Shown: positions 57,309 to 64,000 of the stretch, piece after piece | Layout: every line of letters starts with the position of its first letter | How positions within the stretch are numbered: the stretch's first letter is position 1 | DNA from: Armatimonadota bacterium | GTDB lineage: Bacteria > Armatimonadota > HRBIN16 | Assembly (NCBI GenBank): GCA_963677485.1 | Contig: OY781964.1 | Coordinates: 800,001-864,000 of the forward strand | Length of the DNA stretch: 64,000 nucleotides | Direction: 5' to 3' | Made by a program: the position numbers and the translations under genes | Notes under the pieces: generated by a model | The model's input: the letters and a program-made list of their open reading frames with translations, nothing else | The model's database searches: none | What the model was told of the DNA's origin: nothing

Positions 57309-59177
57309 TCAGTCGGTATAGAAGCGCAAGTTAGTCACAACCACACCTCGCACATTCCCTAATGCCATCCGCAAAAGAGGCGCATGGTTGGCGTGCAGCA
57401 TCCGGTAATACCATCGGCTGACAGTAAACTCCGGCACTATGACCGTCACGAGATGATCAGGTCGGTCTTCCATCACTTGCTTCACGTATTCCACCACTGG
57501 CTCAAACAGTGATCGGTAAGGTGACGCCAGGTTCACAAGCGGCACAGAGCCACCCCAGTCGGCCCACTCACGGCGAACCATCTGGTTGAGCTGCTGGTTA
57601 TCGCTCACCTCAACCCGAACTGCGCGGACATCTTTGCTGATCATCTGTGCATATTCAAGTGCCTGTGCCGTTCCACGGTGGAGACGGTCCAAAAGCACCA
57701 GCACGGTATGAGGCCGATTGGGGTTTGACTTCCAATCATCAATCATGCGCAGTTGTACCCGCATCTTCTCATAGTGGTTGTTGATGGCATAGAACATCAC
57801 CACCAGCAACGCCACGATGACGGCAGATATCCACACCTTGCCTTCCCACTTCTCAATCACAATGACCGTCAAGACCAATGCGGTGGTGCAGGCACCCACG
57901 AAGTTCACAGTGGCCTTGAACTGCCAGCCTTTTGGCCGCAGCCGAATCCATCGCCTCACCATGCCAGATTGTGATAATGTGAAGCTCATGAATACGCCAA
58001 ACGCGTATAGCGGGATCAGCGCATCGGTCACGCCTTTGAATATGATCACCAAAACGGAAGCACACAGTCCAAGCATCACGATGCCGTTGGCGAACACAAG
58101 GCGGTCACCGAGGTTACTAAGCTGGCGGGGCATATACCGGTCACCCGCCAGAATGGCACTCAACCGGGGGAAGTCGGCATAGGCGGTGTTAGCAGCCAGC
58201 ACCAGCACGATAGCGGTGCTAAACAGCACGGCTCCCTGAGCTACGCGAGCGACATTCGTGGAGAGTCCGCCAAACACCGCACGCGCCACCTGCGATATGA
58301 CCGATTCAGCATGTCCGCCATGTAATGCACCCAAATATGTGACATTGTGGGATTGTGCAAGCCAGCTGATACCCAGGAACATACCTCCCAGCAGAAAGCC
58401 CATCATAACCAACGTGATCCCGGCATTCTTGCTCTCAGGCGGTTTGAAAGCCTGCACTCCATCCGATATGGCCTCAACACCAGTCATAGCCGAACAACCT
58501 GACGCAAAGGCTTTAAGAAGCAGGAACAGGCCGATGCCTTCTGTAGCCACCAGATGTGATGGTTTTGGATAGGTCATCGTGTGATATCCAAACATGGGGC
58601 CAATCAGGCCCAGTGCAATCATCGAAAAAATGCACATCATGAAAATGTAGGTCGGTAAAGCGAAAATGGCACCTGACTCTTTGGCTCCACGCAAATTCAT
58701 CAATGTGACGAATGCGATGGCCAGCAGGCATAACGGCACCGTCATGTTCATCTCAGTTAAGCGTGGGAAGAACGAGGTGATCTGCTGCACGCCAGACGAG
58801 ATACTCACGGCGACGGTCAACACATAGTCCGTCAGGATAGAAGCCGCCGCTGTGAGTCCGGCGAAGGTGTTCAGGTTCTCACGGCTGACTATATAGCTGC
58901 CGCCACCCTTAGGGTAGGCATGAACCGTCTGCTCATAAGAAAAAATGACGATGGCTAATAGCGAGACGATAGCCATAGACACCGGTAAGGTAAACCTTAA
59001 TCCCGAAGCTCCCGCCAGACAGAGAACCAGCAGGATTTCCTGGGTGGCATACGCTGTAGAAGAAAGCGCATCGCTGGCGAATACAGGTAACGCAATCAGT
59101 TTTCGAAGTCTCTGGTGCTGTAGTTTGTCAGAAGCCAACGGCCTGCCAAACAACACACGGCGCCACGTATTTTTCAT
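57309..59177 (-). CDS. APC-superfamily permease, KimA/YdaO-like potassium transporter
   Basis: Motifs ALPVFASDALSS.AYA, YP.GGGSY, DYVLTVAVS, TGVEAIS, LIPLYAFGVF, SPYR and PEF. Confidence 0.85.
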   Translation of the reverse strand: MKNTWRRVLFGRPLASDKLQHQRLRKLIALPVFASDALSSTAYATQEILLVLCLAGASGLRFTLPVSMAIVSLLAIVIFSYEQTVHAYPKGGGSYIVSRENLNTFAGLTAAASILTDYVLTVAVSISSGVQQITSFFPRLTEMNMTVPLCLLAIAFVTLMNLRGAKESGAIFALPTYIFMMCIFSMIALGLIGPMFGYHTMTYPKPSHLVATEGIGLFLLLKAFASGCSAMTGVEAISDGVQAFKPPESKNAGITLVMMGFLLGGMFLGISWLAQSHNVTYLGALHGGHAESVISQVARAVFGGLSTNVARVAQGAVLFSTAIVLVLAANTAYADFPRLSAILAGDRYMPRQLSNLGDRLVFANGIVMLGLCASVLVIIFKGVTDALIPLYAFGVFMSFTLSQSGMVRRWIRLRPKGWQFKATVNFVGACTTALVLTVIVIEKWEGKVWISAVIVALLVVMFYAINNHYEKMRVQLRMIDDWKSNPNRPHTVLVLLDRLHRGTAQALEYAQMISKDVRAVRVEVSDNQQLNQMVRREWADWGGSVPLVNLASPYRSLFEPVVEYVKQVMEDRPDHLVTVIVPEFTVSRWYYRMLHANHAPLLRMALGNVRGVVVTNLRFYTD

Positions 59178-59183
59178 GAATCT

Positions 59184-60335
59184 TTAGATCTGCTCCATCA
59201 TCTGACATATTCGTTGTCGCGGACAAGGGTAATTCGGTACATAACTTTGGAACTTCACAAACTCCACACCAGCATCCAGTGATGCCGCGGCTTTGGTTAG
59301 CGTGCGGATGATGATGCCCCCCAATACGCCGGATTCAATACTCATGCGAGCATGAAGCACCAGCACCCCAATTGTCACACCTTCGATATCTCCCTCGATT
59401 TCCGGACTTTGTGAAAACTTGCGAAGGTTGAATCCCACCATACGGCTGCCGCTTTTGAGCACAGCTTTCAAATGCATCACGTTGTGATTTCGTGTCGCCA
59501 TTTCGGCTTTCACCTGCTCAGACAGCATCCACAACAGCTCACTGGCTTTATAGCCGTTGGTCGCGGTGATATTCACAGTGGTTTGCAGCCATCCTACGGA
59601 GTTGTGGGATGCTTTGTGATCGACGGCCTCGATTTCGCGCATCACGCGCCCTGCCTCACCTTTGTGAGACATCACCAACTCCACCAGCTCCTCGATGCCA
59701 TCACCGCGGATTGCGGAGACCATCAGGCATTTGGTATTTGGATATAACTCTTTGGCATTATTTTCCATGGTGTCGATTTCGTTGGCGGTGAGGATATCAG
59801 CCTTATTGATCAGCAGCACATCAGCCTCTTGCACCTGTGCGCGATACATGCTGAGAAGATCGGCGGAGATTCCTCGGACCTCTTTGCTGATGAGCAGCTC
59901 GTAGGCACGTTCGGGGTCCAGCACCATCATGAATGGCAAAACCTGAAAAGTAGCGCCGTAGAACTGTTTCAGGGGCGTAATGACTGTCGCCACGATATCG
60001 GCGCAACTGCCCGTAGGCTCACACAGAAGCACATCGGGGTTTTGGTCCAGAATAGTGTCCGTAGCATCTACCAGGTCGCTAAAGCGCGCACTGAAACATC
60101 CACCTGCCATCTCCGCAATCGGCATACCGAAGTATCCCTCAATCACATCCTCTACGGTATGGCCAGTCCGTCCACTTGACACAAGACCTACATTCAATCC
60201 ATCGTTTATCAACCGGCGTGCAATCGCGCCCAGAACGCGTGATTTCCCCGCACCCAGGAAACCGCCAATAAACAGCACCTTGACCCGCTTTGTCTTGCGG
60301 TCGGCTGATTGATTTTCGTTAGATAAAGACATCAT
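59184..60335 (-). CDS. CobW/COG0523-like P-loop GTPase (divergent)
   Basis: Motifs GGFLGAGKS, CEPTGSC.D and NKAD. The usual GCxCC appears as GGCFSA. Confidence 0.75.
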   Translation of the reverse strand: MMSLSNENQSADRKTKRVKVLFIGGFLGAGKSRVLGAIARRLINDGLNVGLVSSGRTGHTVEDVIEGYFGMPIAEMAGGCFSARFSDLVDATDTILDQNPDVLLCEPTGSCADIVATVITPLKQFYGATFQVLPFMMVLDPERAYELLISKEVRGISADLLSMYRAQVQEADVLLINKADILTANEIDTMENNAKELYPNTKCLMVSAIRGDGIEELVELVMSHKGEAGRVMREIEAVDHKASHNSVGWLQTTVNITATNGYKASELLWMLSEQVKAEMATRNHNVMHLKAVLKSGSRMVGFNLRKFSQSPEIEGDIEGVTIGVLVLHARMSIESGVLGGIIIRTLTKAAASLDAGVEFVKFQSYVPNYPCPRQRICQMMEQI

Positions 60336-60356
60336 GCACCTCGCGTTACAGTGGTT

Positions 60357-61430
60357 TCAAGCCACAGTCTGATAGAAAGTGTTTCTTTTGACGGCTGTGT
60401 AGCCGGCTTGTTGTATTAATTGTTCCATATCTTCAACGGCTGGTATGTAGCGGTTTCCTTTCGCACTGACCACATTTTCCTCAAACATGGTCGAGCCAAA
60501 GTCATTCACCCCATATGTGAGTGATATCTGGGCCACCTTAGGCCCCTGGGTTAAGATACTCACCTGGATATTCGGTATGTTGTGCAGCATAATTCTGGCA
60601 ACCGCCACCATTCTTAAATAATCCGATGTTCCCGTTGGCGGCAGGTGCGATAATCTGGTCTCCTCAGGTTGGAAGGGCCAGCAGATAAAGGCTCGGAAAC
60701 CGCCGGTTTCGTCCTGCAGCTCACGGATGCGTCTGAAGTGTTCAATACAGTGTTCCGGCTCCTCTACATGACCATACATCATCGTGGCCGTCGAGCCTAG
60801 TCCGGCTAGATGCACCTCACGCATGGTGTTGATCCAGTCATCCGAACTGATCTTATTCTTCGATATCTTCTGGCGAACACTATCTACAAGAATCTCCGCT
60901 CCAGCACCCGGCACCGACTGCAACCCCGCGTCTTTCAAACGCAAAATCACATCACGTAAAGGCATGGCACCAATGCGGCTCAGGTGCATCAGCTCTGCTG
61001 GAGATAAGGCGTGGATCACCACCTGCGGGTAGAGCTGGCTCACTTGTTTGAAAATGCCCTCGTAGTAGCTGACACCGAGTTGGGGGTTAAGGCCGCCCTG
61101 TATTAACACCTCGTTGCCGCCAGATTCCGCCAACTCCTGTACCTTACTTAACACCGTGTGGGGTTGTAAATAGTAGCTGTCTTCATCAAGCGCACGCCGA
61201 GAAAACTGGCAGAACTCACAGCGGCACCAGCAGATGTTGGTTGTGTTGATAATACGCCCTATTACATAACCAACCTGTTTGTTTGGATGTATGTGCAAGC
61301 GCATCATGTCAGCTAATGCCCCAACAGCCGGAAGGTCAGGCTGTTGAAGCAGCCATAATCCTTCTTCAAGGCTGATCGCCCGCTGTCCAATCTGTTCGGC
61401 AATCTGAAAAAAACTGTGTGACTTGCTCAA
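60357..61430 (-). CDS. mqnC: Cyclic dehypoxanthinyl futalosine synthase (CofH/MqnC radical SAM)
   Basis: Motifs RIINTTNICWCRCEFCQF, QGGLNP, PGAGAEIL, ATMMYGH, AFI.W.FQ and NDFGSTMFEENVVS. Confidence 0.85.
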   Translation of the reverse strand: MSKSHSFFQIAEQIGQRAISLEEGLWLLQQPDLPAVGALADMMRLHIHPNKQVGYVIGRIINTTNICWCRCEFCQFSRRALDEDSYYLQPHTVLSKVQELAESGGNEVLIQGGLNPQLGVSYYEGIFKQVSQLYPQVVIHALSPAELMHLSRIGAMPLRDVILRLKDAGLQSVPGAGAEILVDSVRQKISKNKISSDDWINTMREVHLAGLGSTATMMYGHVEEPEHCIEHFRRIRELQDETGGFRAFICWPFQPEETRLSHLPPTGTSDYLRMVAVARIMLHNIPNIQVSILTQGPKVAQISLTYGVNDFGSTMFEENVVSAKGNRYIPAVEDMEQLIQQAGYTAVKRNTFYQTVA

Positions 61431-61544
61431 AATCGCATTTCCTAGTATCTTATGGAAGTATTATACCTTGCCAGAGGCATGCATCAGGGGTTTGTTGCTC
61501 CGGTTGCACCATAAATGGCATAACATATTGGGAGGAACCAACTT

Positions 61545-61886
61545 ATGGATGCTGTTCGTATCACTCGGCTTGTAAGAACCGCCACTTCAGAGATATACCT
61601 TTTGTGGATCGACGATGATCGCGTTGGTCAGATTGACCTGCATTACGCGGATGCCACCATCTACGCTACCGTGTTGCTTGAAAAGCCTGAAGCCATAGAC
61701 CAGGACGCATTAGTGGCACAAATCGACGACGAATTAGTGAGTAGCTACTCCGCACGATTTGAACGTGAGAACTTCGTGGTCACCATCTTCCAGGCTCACG
61801 AAGTCGGACGATGCGAAGATCCGATGATCGACGCACTTGAAGATTTCGATGAGAGCGACGACAGTCCACTGGATGACGACGAGTAA
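61545..61886 (+). CDS. Hypothetical acidic protein
   Basis: GGGAGG RBS; ends 2 nt before the next gene. Confidence 0.7.
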   Translation: MDAVRITRLVRTATSEIYLLWIDDDRVGQIDLHYADATIYATVLLEKPEAIDQDALVAQIDDELVSSYSARFERENFVVTIFQAHEVGRCEDPMIDALEDFDESDDSPLDDDE

Positions 61887-61888
61887 CC

Positions 61889-62770
61889 ATGCCGCACATA
61901 ACCTGCAGGAGGATTGCTACACACCGTGGCCCTGGCGCATTTACGCTGATTGAACTCCTAGTCTCCATAGCCATTATATCGACTTTGGCTGCGATTCTCC
62001 TACCAACGCTCATACAATCTAAGCAGAAGGCACTTCAAACAAAGTGCATGAGTAATATGAAGCAAATCGCACTGGCGACGATGCTCTATTGCGACGACTA
62101 CGACGGTGTGATGCCCCTGGCTGCCCCGATTACCCCGGATGGCCGCCGAGTATACACTTTGGACCATTACACCGTGCCCGCCGGCTGGGGAGACAACGGT
62201 CACCCTGCTGGATTAGATATAGGCGGAACCCTCAACATTCTCAACCCTTACATCAAAAGCCACACGATGTGGAGCTGTCCCAGCGGAGTGGACCGCGGTC
62301 CGAACCGTGCTTATCCCCCTGTCTCAGGCGATCTAAGCAGGGCTTGGGGCGTCAGCTACCCATACAATGGATACCTCAACGCCTATCGATCAGAAGATAT
62401 CACATCACCCAGTAACCTTGTGGTTTTCTGGGAAGGCTACGGTCTGGAGCGTAACCGCGGATATGCCACATCGCGCCCTAGTCTGTCATGCCAAAGCATG
62501 GGCATCGATGCTGAGGGATGCCGCTTCAAGCTGGTCAAAGGCACCGAGGACTGGCAGGGTGTCAGCACAGTGTGGGTGCACACCGGTAATGTGCAGAACA
62601 GCGTGCGCGCTGATGGCAGTGCCCACGCCATACGACTGGGCACCAACCCCATCAACAATGACCCCACATATGACCCATGCCTAAACTACGATGAGACCGG
62701 CCGATGCACGAAGATGAGCCTGGATAGCGATGGCTATGTGCCCTATTTCAGGCCAGATAACCGGTTCTAG
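61889..62770 (+). CDS. Prepilin-type N-terminal cleavage/methylation, DUF1559-like protein
   Basis: Motifs AFTLIELLVSIAIISTLAAILLP, C.SNMKQI.LA..Y..DYD, W.CPS and H....N....DG.A. Confidence 0.88.
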   Translation: MPHITCRRIATHRGPGAFTLIELLVSIAIISTLAAILLPTLIQSKQKALQTKCMSNMKQIALATMLYCDDYDGVMPLAAPITPDGRRVYTLDHYTVPAGWGDNGHPAGLDIGGTLNILNPYIKSHTMWSCPSGVDRGPNRAYPPVSGDLSRAWGVSYPYNGYLNAYRSEDITSPSNLVVFWEGYGLERNRGYATSRPSLSCQSMGIDAEGCRFKLVKGTEDWQGVSTVWVHTGNVQNSVRADGSAHAIRLGTNPINNDPTYDPCLNYDETGRCTKMSLDSDGYVPYFRPDNRF

Positions 62771-62812
62771 GGGAGGAGACAGGAGCGAAGGAGAGTAGGA
62801 GAGTATGAAAGT

Positions 62813-63074
62813 AACTTGGTTGGCTATGTCCGGGGCGGTCTGTCAGTACGCTTGCGGAGGCCACTGTCTATAGACCGCGCCGGTCTTGTTCCTGGCACAA
62901 ATCTTTTATGGCTATCCGCCAGACCGGCGCGGTCTTGAGCCGTCTGTAGCTGATAGCCTGCGCACAGACCGCCCCGGACATAGGCAACGATATGCTGCAA
63001 TAGAGGCGAACAGCCATCCGCATATCACTCTGTCGCCTCAGCGTGATGCGTAAGTGACAGTCTGGGCTGCCGTG
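62813..63074 (+). repeat. ~260-bp dispersed nested-palindrome element, copy 2
   Basis: Colinear with 23912-24172, including about 85 nt beyond the palindrome. Confidence 0.85.
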
Positions 63075-63110
63075 TCAGCCTCCCCTCCTGCTCTCCTGCC
63101 CTCCTTCCCT

Positions 63111-63335
63111 CCTGCTCTCCTACCTCCTGCTCTCCTACCTCCTGCTCTCCTACCTCCTGCTCTCCTACCTCCTGCTCTCCTACCTCCTGCTCTCCTACCT
63201 CCTGCTCTCCTACCTCCTGCTCTCCTACCTCCTGCTCTCCTACCTCCTGCTCTCCTACCTCCTGCTCTCCTACCTCCTGCTCTCCTACCTCCTGCTCTCC
63301 TACCTCCTGCTCTCCTACCTCCTGCTCTCCTACCT
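63111..63335. repeat. Perfect 15-bp tandem repeat (CCTGCTCTCCTACCT) x15
   Basis: Counted directly; degenerate units flank it from about 63083. Confidence 0.92.
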
Positions 63336-63416
63336 CCTTCCTTCCCTCTGTGGTACACTTTAATCACGTGACAATCTGAGAATTCAACCAATTATTTCCC
63401 TCGGAGGAGACACCTA

Positions 63417-63746
63417 ATGAGCAAGGCGCAGGCTGTAACAGCCGCTGATTTTGATACCGTAGTGATGAAGAGCCAGATACCCGTAGTAGTGGATTTCTGG
63501 GCAGAATGGTGCAGCCCCTGCCGCGCACTGGCCCCCACGCTGGACCAACTGGCGATTGATTTCGATGGCAAGATATTGGTAGTTAAGGTTAACGTTGACC
63601 AGGAGCCCGATCTGGCTATGAACTACAACGTGCAGAGCATCCCCACCCTGCTGTTTGTGAAGAATGGTGAGCTGCAGGATCAAGCCGTCGGCAACCTCGC
63701 GCTCAACAAGCTGCACGATATCGTAAACAAAGTGCTTGCGAGCTAA
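63417..63746 (+). CDS. trxA: Thioredoxin
   Basis: Motifs VVDFWAEWCSPC and SIPTL; GGAGGA RBS. Confidence 0.92.
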   Translation: MSKAQAVTAADFDTVVMKSQIPVVVDFWAEWCSPCRALAPTLDQLAIDFDGKILVVKVNVDQEPDLAMNYNVQSIPTLLFVKNGELQDQAVGNLALNKLHDIVNKVLAS

Positions 63747-63750
63747 ACAC

Positions 63751-64000
63751 TTGGCCAAAATCACAGCATTTCGCGGTATACGCCCTGCGGCAAACACATC
63801 GGTCGACAGCTTTGTAGCCCCTCCCTACGACGTGATCTCCCCCGCACAGCGGGAAGCGTACCGGTCTAAGGGCACCAGCTTTACCGAGTTGACCCTTCCA
63901 GACAGCTACCCCATCGCGGCCGAAACACTCAAGCGGTGGATCGCGGAGGGGGTGCTGAAGCAGGACGACCAGCCCAGTTACTACCTCTACGAGCAACTGT
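63751..64000 (+). CDS. DUF1015 family protein (partial; runs off the window end)
   Basis: Hand translation from TTG 63751 gives MAKITAFRGIRP...APPYDVISPAQRE...GVLKQDDQPSYYLYEQ. Confidence 0.8.
   Translation, partial: MAKITAFRGIRPAANTSVDSFVAPPYDVISPAQREAYRSKGTSFTELTLPDSYPIAAETLKRWIAEGVLKQDDQPSYYLYEQL

Noticed and set aside
59177-59260. c-di-AMP (ydaO) riboswitch ahead of the KimA-like gene
   Set aside because: The intergenic space is only 6 nt and no motif is seen.
63038-63391. PPALL / GGRRA repeat proteins
   Set aside because: These are frames of a 15-bp tandem repeat with no synonymous variation between units.

Overview
Bacterial chromosomal window of moderate GC. The gene content (DUF1559/prepilin-type protein, exosortase-EpsI locus, futalosine-pathway mqnC) suggests Armatimonadota or a similar diderm lineage; this is inference. 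Most of it is housekeeping and metabolic genes: hemACD, purL, melA, smpB, dxs (frameshifted), a class II photolyase, mqnC, trxA and three tRNAs. Four things stand out. (1) A group II intron (24378-26775, minus strand) is inserted exactly at the CTAC end of a GTAG-type REP element, and its predicted EBS1 (GUAGG) is the REP foot itself. Its reverse-transcriptase gene is reduced to two terminal scraps, and an intact, oppositely oriented ~506-aa ORF with Rep_trans-like motifs and a hairpin end sits between them. (2) A translationally coupled rsmI - atypical tgt - Rmt/ArmA-family 16S m7G1405 methyltransferase operon lies in a non-mobile context. (3) An intact IS21 with a 6-bp target duplication splits an AAA/DUF4143 ATPase gene. 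(4) At least three distinct families of dispersed palindromic or short repeats are present. All calls come from reading motifs by eye; no database searches were run.
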